Below the pieces are notes generated by a model that was given only the letters and a program-made list of their open reading frames with translations, did no database searches and was not told where the DNA came from. 20,000 nt of DNA from Cladosporium halotolerans (Eukaryota): contig NW_027191508.1 in NCBI RefSeq assembly GCF_011745625.1, positions 55,444 through 75,443 of the forward strand, read 5' to 3'. Both the position numbers and the translations under genes were made by a program. Below, in pieces: positions 1-9,989 of the stretch. How positions within the stretch are numbered: position 1 is the stretch's first letter; each line of letters starts with the position of its first letter.

Positions 1-285
1 TTTCTTTGGTGTGAGCACGTGACCGTTCGATAGAGCAATGCTCGCGATAGTACAATACACCTCCGTGTCACCGAGCATATTGTTGTAACGAGCTTTGACT
101 GTACTCCTCTTCTCACGGCGAAACAATCGCTGGGCCTTGCGCAAGGTTCGGAAAACATCGCCTTCGGGGGTAGAATAGCAGAGTAGGCGGTACAGTACAT
201 CATGCCTCTTCCACGGAAAAACAACAAACCGTGCACTAGTCATTGCGAGCACGTCGCGTTCCCGCGTTATCAGAAAACGACAACA

Positions 286-1644
286 TTAATTACTTCGAAA
301 AATCCTTTCCAATTCTCCGCACGCGCGCAGATAATATTCGCGCACGTCACGCGCCGGGTGGAAAGGATTTGGCGCCTTATCCCAGCCATGCGGCACACCC
401 TCAACTAGAATGTAAGAGAGGCGCTTATCAATCTCAGGCGAGAGCAGGCGATCACGGAAGTCCAGGCCCTCAGCCAGCAGCATGTCCCACTCGCAGCAGA
501 GCATGATTATGTCGTTGGGCAAACCCTCTTTCAGCAGTGCCGTTGGCGCGACACCTGGGCTCAGGTAGGGCGACTCAAGTGCAATGGAGTCCGGTGGATA
601 CAAATAGCTTCCGTCGAACAGGTTGGTGAAGAGTGAAGACAGCTCTTGATCTTTCCTGAAGCAGGTCGCGCGCCGCTGTTCGCGAGTCCGCGTGTAATCT
701 ATGCTGGGATACCAGGCGACGACTGCACGGAGAGCAATGGGGAACGGCCCAGTAGATGTGACGTTGTGGGAAGTGGTGGTAGTGTCGGCATTGGGTGGAG
801 AGGAAATATGCTCTGAGAGTTCCAGCGGATCAACGAAGCCGGCATGGCCATTTGGGCTGGCTTTTGTCGGCAACGAGGGATGCGAGATGGAGCTTTGACA
901 CCTTGACTCCGCGTTGAAGCGAGAAGGGTGGTTTTGCTTGGGCAAAGAACCCATCATATAATCATGTAGGCGTAACGATACTGTGAAGGCCATATTGCCA
1001 CCAGAGCTGAAGCCGGATATCGCGATCTTTTCCCTGTCAATCCCAAGGTCCACAGCGTGCTTGTGTACCCAGATTACGGCATCTACGCCGTCTTCCACTG
1101 CATTTGGGAATGGGTATTCCGGCGCAAGACGGTAGCCCACGCTCACGACGACAGCCCCACATTCGTCAGCGACAGTGGTGCACCAGCGAGCATCATCTGT
1201 GGGCGCACCGAGCGTGAAACCTCCGCCGTGAAAGTTGATCACGACAGGATAAGAACACTGTGCTTGAGTGCTTTGAGTGCATGGGCGGGCCGTCTGTGCA
1301 ACTCGTCCGCTGCTGCTTGTCCGCTGGTAGACTGCCTTCCTGATATTACCGGTATCAATGTTTTGTTCATAGTTCCTTATGTCGTTGAAAATTTTACCCT
1401 GTCTCTCGTACTGTGGTGGCACATAGAAGTACAAGTAGATCTGTCCCTGCGTCTTACTAATTGTTGACTGAATGGTCTTCTTGAATGCCGGTTGCCGTGG
1501 GCGGGGAGGCGTGAGCCTTTGAAAGAACATGCCCAGATCCATCAGCACCCGCCAAAACTGTGCTTGTATGTGTAAAACCCATCGTAATCGCGGCATACTT
1601 CTGTCGTCGGGATTGAAACGGGGCTGAGCTTGGCTGCGAAACAT
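286..1644 (-). CDS. Alpha/beta hydrolase, hormone-sensitive-lipase (Abhydrolase_3) family esterase/lipase
   Basis: 452-aa ORF with the HGGG oxyanion motif (VVINFHGGGF), YRLAPEYPFP, nucleophile elbow GFSSGG, candidate acid (CEWDML) and His (VPHGWD). The 5' end is uncertain: the ATG at 1644 lies in a pyrimidine tract followed by CAG, so an upstream exon or a later Met is possible. Confidence 0.9.
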   Translation of the reverse strand: MFRSQAQPRFNPDDRSMPRLRWVLHIQAQFWRVLMDLGMFFQRLTPPRPRQPAFKKTIQSTISKTQGQIYLYFYVPPQYERQGKIFNDIRNYEQNIDTGNIRKAVYQRTSSSGRVAQTARPCTQSTQAQCSYPVVINFHGGGFTLGAPTDDARWCTTVADECGAVVVSVGYRLAPEYPFPNAVEDGVDAVIWVHKHAVDLGIDREKIAISGFSSGGNMAFTVSLRLHDYMMGSLPKQNHPSRFNAESRCQSSISHPSLPTKASPNGHAGFVDPLELSEHISSPPNADTTTTSHNVTSTGPFPIALRAVVAWYPSIDYTRTREQRRATCFRKDQELSSLFTNLFDGSYLYPPDSIALESPYLSPGVAPTALLKEGLPNDIIMLCCEWDMLLAEGLDFRDRLLSPEIDKRLSYILVEGVPHGWDKAPNPFHPARDVREYYLRACGELERIFRSN

Positions 1645-2904
1645 AAAAGGAAGAGAATGAAAGCTTCTTTCCCTTCAGGCTGGCCGCGCTCGTTTTAGTG
1701 CCGCGAGTCTTAGTGTCGGCCTGCCTTATGCAAGAGATCCCCTGTGGCAGTAAGCCTCTTCGGCCGCGGAATAAAAGCAAGACCTGGAAGCCCGGATGCG
1801 ATATCTGTATGCTCCCTCTACCCAACAGCCCTCGTGGCGCGGTTGCCGGCCTTGGTTGCTCCCGAAGACGACGAATCAAGGATGATGTCGAAGACCTCGG
1901 GGTCTGCTGAAGCATGTGTTTCACCTATTGACGAGGCAAGGAGCGCTGTGCCGTGTTGCACTGTAACGCTGAGAGACCATGGAGATACTCGGGAACTTGG
2001 GCGCAAGATAGAGACTAGCGATATGTGATTTCGTTCTAGTGACGCGAGTAGTGAAAAGTGCAAGTCGGAACAAGGAAGGTCTCTTAGAATCGCGAACGCT
2101 TCCTGCGTGCGACAGCCGTGCATCCCTAGCCAGCCGATGCGACATTTGTGCGGAATCCCTGGGCGTTTCGCGGGCTGTTTGCCGACAACGTGAGCCATTT
2201 GCGCGCCTTTCACCTTGGCACACAAATGCCGCGAGCGCCTTCGAAGAACTCGCCTTACGCCGCTGACGTGCGACCACCGTGCTCTGGCATTTCCGCTTCT
2301 CGCTCGCTTTAGAGGGCGCGAATCATGGGTGCATGGTCACCATGCTCCAGAGCTGCATTGCGAGCAGCTGCGCGCGAGTTCGAAATACCGAGAAACTACC
2401 TTGGCCTTTGGCAACATCACGCGCGACCCAGCTTGGCGGATCGATCTTCTACTGCAGCGCCCGCCAGTTCATGCCCGCACGTGAGCTTGAGACAATGACA
2501 CAACCGAGCTCGGCGACCCCCGAAACCGCCAATGGCGGCCGTCGCTCGCTGATTGAAACTGCGAAGAATCCCAAGTCCTAAGCTCACCGGGTGTCGACTG
2601 GCGGCGCGTCAAAGGGTACAAGGCGGCTTGTCATACCAAAAGGCATCCCTGTGATGAAATTTGGTGTGAAAGAGTTGGTTCAGTTGTGTATCTACTGCTG
2701 GGGCCATCCACTGCTTTATACCTTGCGTGGGTCTGTGTCGGTCTGGATCTCTTGTCCGGCAATATTCAACACCCTGGATAGGCAGCACGGCTATCGACTG
2801 TGGAACGAGGACGAGAGTTGTGAATAAGCAGGTTGCTTGTTCATACGATTGGTTCCTGCTCCAATACTGCTGCTTAGAAGGATTGTTGTTGTTTCTTTAT
2901 TTTT

Positions 2905-3669
2905 CTTTATTCAACCATACTGTATTCAAGCTGTATAGCTTATGACAGGCCTGGGCTAAGTCACAGGTATTTCTAGGTCTTCTATCTGTGCTCTCGCCTT
3001 GATCCTTTACCGTACAATCCTGCTCGCCATCCCGCCTTCATCAAGGCGCCACGGCTTTTTGGGCTCAATGCCCTCCTACTTGCTTGTCTTGGTGGTCGCA
3101 ACTGCTGACCTTCATCTCCTTCTCTCTGCCTCGCTCCTCTATTCTCCACGTACCACAGGCTGGACATCTCCAGTGCTGGAGGTGTACGCTGTCTTGTCCA
3201 TGCTGCTTGCCTCCCGGGAAGTGCCTGCCGAGGCCGAGGCACATACCCGTGCTGACTTTCTTGCTGTCCGCCTCTTTCCCTCTCGTGTGCGAGGTACAAG
3301 AAGCTCGTTTTCACTCCCTGCTGACACGTAGCGTCTGCTGTGCTTGCCGTGTTGTCTCCGGCTGGTCGAGCCCATTAGGCGCTCGTGCTGGGCTTTTGTC
3401 CGATGTGACTCATGTCATGACATGAGCCGGTGTTTTGGTCTTTCTGCGCGAGCTGGCGGGCTCATCGCGCTCCAGTGCACTTTGTGCGTCTTCATTCCAA
3501 CTCTTGCTCATCGACAATGTCGGGCGTTTTCGATGGGTAGGTGTCATCGAGTGATGACTTTGTTGCAAGACTGCCACGTGGGATCATCGCTCTTCTGTAG
3601 CGCACTTGATTTCACTGCATAGCAGCTACTCACACCGGACATCACGTGAAGGTGTGCGCTCTCCGTCCG
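2905..3669. repeat. Copy A of a diverged long inverted repeat of unknown nature
   Basis: Collinear reverse-complement matches to copy B: 2918-2932 vs 7311-7325 (14/15), 3017-3031 vs 7209-7223 (15/15), 3265-3278 vs 6900-6913 (14/14), 3496-3512 vs 6684-6700 (17/17), 3627-3669 vs 6405-6447 (41/43). Confidence 0.9.
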
Positions 3670-4171
3670 GCAGGATTGTTGTTACCTAAACGGCATGTAT
3701 TATATATATATGACTGTCATTACCTCAAGTATGAAATAGGGATGACACTGCGCACAAAGCTACTGATCGGAATTGATCAACAACGAGCATGAATTTTGGC
3801 TCTGCAGGCGTTGTCACCATTGATATGTGACCACTTGGCTAGTAAGGCTAAACCCAAGATGGCAGTAGAATTGGTGTCGCGACGATGTCACGCTCACGCG
3901 TAGAACCCGACAAGAGATGGTTTAGAATAAAATATCGGTTCATATGGAACACCGGATCTCAGTAGTGTTGTTTATAGACGTGGAACTCATGCTGACTTCC
4001 CTTTCGGCCTCAACGCGTGAACGCGGCAGTCTCGCGACATCAATACTGCTTCCCCTCTAGGTCTAGCGCTTACTTGCCAAGTGTCGGCATCGACTGAAGT
4101 CAGGTGCTTTCCCAGTGATGTTGTCTTTGTCTTACAGCGACCGGTTTCTGTCGCAGGCCGAGGCACTTTGG

Positions 4172-4645
4172 CAAGCTTGTCAATGGTACGAACACTAAAG
4201 GGTACCCTGTGCGGGTAGAGATTTTCTTAAAGGGTAGGGAATTGAACAAGGAATTTTCTTAACGAACAGTATGACACAACGTAGTACCTCTGGCAAGCCT
4301 GGTTTTGTGCGCGTCCGAGCATGTTTGGTCATAACTTAAATGCCGAATTCGAGCATTGCCCCAACCCCTACCCTGAGGCCATCATGCCGGGGAAAACATT
4401 CGGCCGAGAAATCCACGACGAAGCGCGTCCGGTCGACGCGTACTTCGAGAGAGAGAGAGAGCTGCAGCAGGAGCCTGGAGTACTTTACGATGATGTCGAT
4501 GAGCACTCTAGTATAATATCACGTGATTGCCAAGACTCCCTATGGCACACCCGAACAGCCAAAAGGCTTAACGAACAGCGTTTTTCTTAAAGGGTACGAA
4601 CAGAATAGGGTCCCTTATTGGGTATGCGTACCATTGCCAAGCTTG
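4172..4645. mobile_element. Non-autonomous hAT-type MITE, 474 bp
   Basis: TIRs CAAGCTTGTCAATGGTACG (4172-4190) and CGTACCATTGCCAAGCTTG (4627-4645), 18/19 complementary. Perfect 8-bp TSD CACTTTGG at 4164-4171 and 4646-4653. CA...TG ends. Subterminal motifs TTTTCTTAAAGGGTA and CTTAACGAACAG recur near both ends. Confidence 0.9.
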
Positions 4646-5247
4646 CACTTTGGGAATCCAAGTCGCAGATCGCAGGATTAGCTTGCCAAGACACTAGATC
4701 GAAAGGCCCGGTCTACCAGGCCGCGCGCCTAAACAAGAACAACAACCTATCTACCCACAAATTTATACAAACGAGAGGTGACCCTCTCGTGCAACAGTTT
4801 CTTTCCACACGATGCCTGCTCCGTCCTTGGAGTCGAAGGCTCCGTTAGCAAACAACGTGAATCTGTTGGTCGCTTGACGTTCATCGGTTGGAGCCCGTGG
4901 TTAGGGTCATCTATCCAACCGTCTCTAGAAGCTTCGTCCGTACGCAGTTAGTCGCATGCATTGGTGGAACATACTTTGGAACATCCATGTCAAAGCGAAC
5001 GACATCACTATGAGAATTGAGATACGTGTGACATGCCAAAGGATTTCAACAGTGGTTTCATTTGACTGTTTCCTATTAAGTCAACCATAACTGGAACCCC
5101 CGATCGACCCGGGCCTCCCTGAACGACCGTGCTCGCCCATTTCCACTTCACAAATCCTCCACAGTGTGACTTGGATGTCAACAAGAGGCGGAGGCCTGGT
5201 TGGCTAAAAGATACCTTGCATCGAGATCGAGATTTGGAAGGATTGGT

Positions 5248-5509
5248 TTACTTGCACTGGATGTCAGGGTCAGCTAGCTAGACTCGCGAAGACTGAAACC
5301 CAACAGCCGCTACCATCAAGGTAGCTGGCCATCGAGGTAGCCGTCCATCAAGGTAGCCGTCCATCAAGGTAGCCGTCCATCAAGGTAGCTCTTGGTAACC
5401 ATCAAAATATAAAAAGGGGGTTATGGTGACATACACCGCAAGAGGTGCATCCGCACTTTCCATTGCAACCGTTCCCGCCACAGCAGGTCTTGCATTCGCA
5501 GCTTGCCAT
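5248..5509 (-). CDS. Short fungal metallothionein, 27 aa, two exons: MASCECKTCCGGNGCNGKCGCTSCGCK
   Basis: Exon 1 is 5509-5435 and is followed by a canonical GTATGT donor. The 178-nt intron has CTGAC branch-like motifs and a CAG acceptor ending at 5257. Exon 2 is 5256-5248 (TGC AAG TAA). 9 Cys in 27 aa with CxC and CC motifs and no aromatic residues, like Neurospora/Magnaporthe-type short MTs. Confidence 0.85.
5313..5389. repeat. 16-bp minisatellite, about 4.8 copies, in the metallothionein intron
   Basis: Units of CCATCAAGGTAGCCGT start at 5313, 5329, 5345, 5361 and 5377 (last one partial), with few substitutions. Confidence 0.95.
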
Positions 5510-6404
5510 CTTATTGGAGGTCGGATTCGATTTGTGCCTGAAAATTAAGAAGCTTTCTAAATAATATTCGGCTTTTCTCTGTGAAGGTACGATAAAATTT
5601 CTTTCAGGTAAGAACACGAGCTCCTACTTGTACTCTTCGACTGGATGCTGAAATGGCAGAGCTGGGCTGAGCTCACGATGACGCCCATCGTGTCTGCGGG
5701 GTGCTTTCGTCACTCACTTGGCGCAGAGGATTCGTCATACCGGGTTCTCGCGGTCGATACTGGATCATACTGGACGATGGTTATTCCTATGACCCAGCAG
5801 CATGTGCGGGGTTGGCCACGCTAGGACAGCTCCATGAAAGCTGCCAATCACGATTGGCGGAGTGGCATGTTCAGCCGTCGCGCCCAATGAATATGCCAGC
5901 AAGAGGTGGGGTCGACATATTCCGATAGATTCCGTGCATACTTGTGCTAATACCAGAACATAGGGCTTCCGCCTTTTCACAAAGGATAACGTTAAGCGCT
6001 AGAAAACATGCAGACGGAGCTCGCGTATCACGAACGTGGAGACACCGTACGCCCCGCATTTTAGAAATCCAGGCGCCTGCCTATTGCTTTTTTTGGATGG
6101 GAACGGGATCACCGCCGCGCGCGACCTTGGTGTTTGAGCACTTGGTCCTGGCATCCGAACTTACGTAGCCTGCTCCTTCCCGCACAATGGTGCGAGCCAC
6201 CCAAGCACTTTCAGCCGCGATAATCTGGTTTCCTGGATAAAGCTGACCTCTTTTTGACTGTAACATTGTCAACCAACTTAGAGAGGTGTTGCGTAATGGC
6301 CAGGTTATATTCAAGATCTGTGACTGGGAATGAGTCTACAACCTCGGCGTCTTTGCCCTATAGAGTGAGAAGAGACAGGCTTCTTCTCCATTTGAACGGC
6401 GTGG

Positions 6405-7325
6405 CGGACGGAGAACGCACACCTTCACGTGATGTCTGGTGTGAGTAACTGTAAACGCAGTGAAACCAAGATGCGCTCAAAAACAGTCAGAAGCGATGAG
6501 CCACAAGGCAGTTTCGCAACGAGTGATCACTTGACGACCTAGCCCCAGCGACGACGCCCGAGACGGCCGCCGTCCACCCGTCGGAAGAGTTGACACGACA
6601 CGACCAAGCCTGCGCGCACCGCACGCCAACAAGCAATACGCCCACTGCCGCCGACGCGGCCGCCAATGCGACTCAACATCCATGATGAGCAAGAGTTGGA
6701 CAACGCGCACAACAAGCACACGAGCATTGTAGCTCTCGAAGGAAGATCCATATGTAGGCTCGCAAACGAGGCGAGTCCCCAGATAAACACCCTGTCCCCA
6801 TGGGCTCGCCCAGTCTAATACAACACGACAAGCATGCCAGGCGCGGCACGCCAGCACCTACAACCACAGTCGAGTCCTTATACCTCGCACATGGGTTGAG
6901 AAAGAGGCGGACAACAAGTAACACACCGAGGGAAGGCAGCTGCTTTATGTAAGCACCCCCTCACCAGACGCGCATGCTAGCACGTTCTTTAACCGAGCAC
7001 ACGACGATAAGCCTCGCACAGCCCAGGTTGCGGCAAAAAGGGTAACGCCTGTGTCTCTTATACGAGCAAGAGGCGCCAGAGAGAGAGACAAGACAGCACA
7101 GTTTTTCAGTATCGGAGGCCGCCGGCCTGTGACGCAGGAGAGAGGAAGAGAAGCGGAGAGGAGGAGAGGAGGGCACCGAGCCCAAAAGCCGTGGCTTGGC
7201 CAAGCCGAGATGGCGAGCAGGATAGCATGGAGTGATAAAGCAGGAGCTAAGATGGAAGATCAAGAAAATGTCTGCAAATCACCAAGCCTGGGATAAGGCT
7301 TAAACCAAATAGCTTGAATGCAGTA
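6405..7325. repeat. Copy B of the diverged long inverted repeat, interrupted at its outer end by the pogo insertion
   Basis: Matches listed under copy A. It carries an extra ~120-bp GC-rich segment (~6563-6683). Homology runs to the TA at 7324-7325 and may resume after the transposon (TGAATAAAG 11622-11630 is the reverse complement of CTTTATTCA 2905-2913). Confidence 0.88.
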
Positions 7326-7483
7326 GAAGTCTTCCCTGACTCGTGCACATCCCTGGCTCGTGCACACTGCTTTCACATCATGACCATCACCTTCGCAGCA
7401 CTACATCTCGATGTAAACACATTCGCTTGAAGTGCCAAATAGCTCGTTGCAGCCGTGGTAGGTTTCTCTGTAATTCTATATAC

Positions 7484-7848
7484 TTAGATATCATCAAAGA
7501 ACCTTGGTCGCTTGACAGCCCTGCCAGTTCTTGACCTCGGCTGTTCTGGCACTATTTCAGCTTCTGGCTCAGTAGCAACTGCGACAGGTTCTTCAGACTG
7601 TTTCCGCTTCACCGGCCTTCCTCTTGGTCGTTTACTGGAGGCCCTAGACTTTGTTCGAAGTTGTTCCACACCCTTTTTAGCTAGCCTGTCACGCTCCTTT
7701 TGGGCCTTGTCAAGAGCCTTCTTGGTCTTCCTTGCGGCAGCTTTGATAGCTCTATCCTCGCGCTTCTGCTGAGCCTCCAACTCCCTGTGAGCCTTAAGCT
7801 GAGCTCTATCTTGGGCTTGGAGCAATCGATCGAGCGCCTCGTCGTCTT
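7484..7848 (-). pseudogene. Outer transposase, displaced C-terminal part
   Basis: Removing 7851-9989 and one TA joins ...AREFA to KDDEALDRLLQ...RPRFFDDI* in frame: 1528 + 365 = 1893 nt, a 630-aa ORF. Confidence 0.9.
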
Positions 7849-7850
7849 TA

Positions 7851-9989
7851 GAAGCTTTCCCCACCTCAGGCACGTCCACACCTCAGGCACGCTTGACGGG
7901 CCCGGTGTCGAGGAGCTTCCACTACTTGTATCTCACACATCAACAACTCAATCCAGCTGAAAACATATCATCAAGAAGCTACAGTACCACTCTACAAGTC
8001 TGCAACAAATTTATGTTCTGAACCGGGCTGGTCGGCGCACTGGCCGGCCTTTCGCCGTGGTCGCCTGCTCTACAGGCTCAATGACTACTGGCTCTCGTAG
8101 AGTGTTTGAAACACTCTCAGCAGCTGGTTGTTTCTTTGAGAAGCTTTGCAGTCGCCTGCTCGCAGCCCTCGATTTCATGTCATTCAGTTTCTGAGCTTTC
8201 CTAGCCTCTCGTGACGCCTGTGCTGCGGCCTTCTTCTGGGCTGCAGCTGTCTTGCGAGCAAAAGCAGCTGCAGCTCGTTCATCTCGTTTCCTCTGCGCCT
8301 CTACCTCCTTCTGCGCCTTCTTCTCAGCTCGTTCTTGAGCCCTGACCTCTTTTTCTTGCTGCGACTTCTCCTTCTCTCGCTCTCTGCTCGATGCAATGTC
8401 TCGCGTCTTCTGGATTTTGGAAGGGCTCATGAACAGCGTCCCAGATGGGCCAGAGGCCCTTAACTCGTCTATAACCTTCCTCTTCCTCTTCTTCCGCTTT
8501 TCCTCTTCGTGAATAGGCCCACTTAACTGCTTCACCTTCAGATTTGATAACACAAGCTTGGCCGAGAGTCCGAGCACCGTGTCGCTGAGCCTCTCCAGCG
8601 TCTTCTGCGTCTTGTTGTCGCTGTGTGCCGAGCTGCCGCTGAGGATACTTCTTAACCTCTTTGTCTTCGAAGGCGAATCGTATATGCTCGGTGGACTGTC
8701 GCTCCATCGTTGCGTGCTTCGCTGAGACCTAGTCTCAGCTTCCTGAGCCGCAGGGAAGGATTTGAGCACTTTCTGAGGATCGAAAGGCCAGATCCCGGTC
8801 TTCGACCAAGCTGATGCTATGTTCTTCTTCGTAAAGGCCTTCTCGAAGGCTGGCAGAAAAGTGAGAAGAAGTCTCGTTTGCTGATGCTCGTGTGGCCTTC
8901 TGACTTCCTGACCAAGTCATCGAGCGCCTGGCTGTAGTAATTGGCCAGTGGGGCAAAGACGCTCACATCTAGAGGCTGCAGCCTGTGTGTAGAGTGCGGC
9001 GGGTAGACAGCAAGTAGGATCTTGTGCTGCTCGCACCAGTTGAGGAACTTCATGTTGACGTGTGAGCCGTGCCCATCAACGAATAAGAGCCTGTGAGATC
9101 GTCTCGCTTTGGACGACGTCTCCTTCTCAAACAGGCCAGTCAGCCAGCTGTAACCAAGATCGTCGCTCGTCCACCCATTAGGCGATGAGGCGAAGTGGCA
9201 CTCGTGTTCCTCCGGCTCGAAGTCGTTGAGCCACGTGTCTTGCAAATTACCAGAGATCGCTTTGTAGATTAGAGCTGGCGACAACTTGGTACCGTCTGCG
9301 CAGATCGTGGCCACAACAGTGATCCACTCTCTGCTACCGTCTTGGCCTGCTTTTGCGAGGCCTCCTCGCTCGTACAGCTCTCGCGCGAAGATCCTTCGGG
9401 TCTTTTGCAGCTTGCCGATGAGAAAGCCCTTCTCGTCCATGTTGTATATATTGTCACCACTTATCTTGTATTCTTCTACTTTCTGACCAACGATGGCGAA
9501 ATAGTCCTCACAGCTACTTCTGGAGTCAGCTTTGTGGCGTGCGAGGTCGATTGTGTTGAGATATCGGGCATCAAGCCTGTGCTTGTGTCTTGCGACGAAA
9601 CGCGAGGACCAGTTCTTGGAAAGCTTCCTCCCACATAGTTCTTGGGCGATATTGGCGACAATTTTGGGTGTAGGTGGAAGACAACGCTCGCAAAAGTGAT
9701 GTATGTAGTTTACAAGCTCTTCTTCTTGCTTATCGTTGAGCATTCTCTGAGACTCGTAGCCCCGAGCTCTTGAGGAGGTTTTTGCATGAACACGCTTGCT
9801 AAGCGCGGATCTGGTAAGCCCGTGCTTTTGCGCGACATCAGATATCTTCAGGCCATCAGAAGACCTTAATTCTGCAAGCGCTATGTCCATTGAGTCGCGG
9901 CCGTTGAGATATCACGTAGAGAAGAGGGCGCGTTCGTGTCGCGTCGAGCGTGCCTGAGGTGTGGACGTGCTTGAGGTAGGGAAAGCTTC
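7851..9989 (-). mobile_element. pogo/Fot1-family DNA transposon (inner nested element), 2139 bp
   Basis: 48-bp TIRs 7851-7898 and 9942-9989 (45/48), with CACCTCAGGCACG repeated at 17-bp period. TA TSD at 7849-7850 and 9990-9991. Confidence 0.95.
8011..9890 (-). pseudogene. Inner pogo/Fot1 transposase with a single 1-bp frameshift
   Basis: ORFs 8817-9890 and 8011-8769 join if one base is restored at ~8854 (TTC TG- CCA GCC TTC GAG AAG, i.e. F[W]PAFEKAF, against FYPAFDKAF in the outer element). DD35D motifs are intact. The repaired ORF is 626 aa. Confidence 0.9.

Noticed and set aside
1457..2945. Many overlapping 70-155 aa ORFs upstream of the hydrolase
   Set aside because: No recognisable motifs; expected by chance in GC-rich intergenic DNA.
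2982..3622. ORFs within repeat copy A (and 6477-7296 in copy B) as a duplicated protein gene
   Set aside because: Frames are not preserved between the copies and the indels do not respect codons.
4771..4790. Perfect 8-bp hairpin ACGAGAGG-tgac-CCTCTCGT
   Set aside because: Isolated, with no Helitron-type CTRR end or other supporting context.
5313..5389. CRISPR-like repeat array
   Set aside because: Units are head-to-tail with no unique spacers, there are no cas genes, and the context is a eukaryotic intron.
5402..5617. 71-aa ORF as listed in the track
   Set aside because: Non-ATG start, and it reads into the intron. The spliced 27-aa metallothionein explains the Cys-rich part.
5640..5850. 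GCTG cores upstream of the metallothionein as Ace1-type copper-response elements
   Set aside because: Those I checked do not fit the HTHNNGCTG consensus, and GCTG alone is too common.
6405..6470. Hammerhead-ribozyme-like layout (GTGAGTA, stem, GAAA) in the conserved repeat core
   Set aside because: The core is not CUGANGA, and no stem III with an NUH cleavage triplet can be formed.
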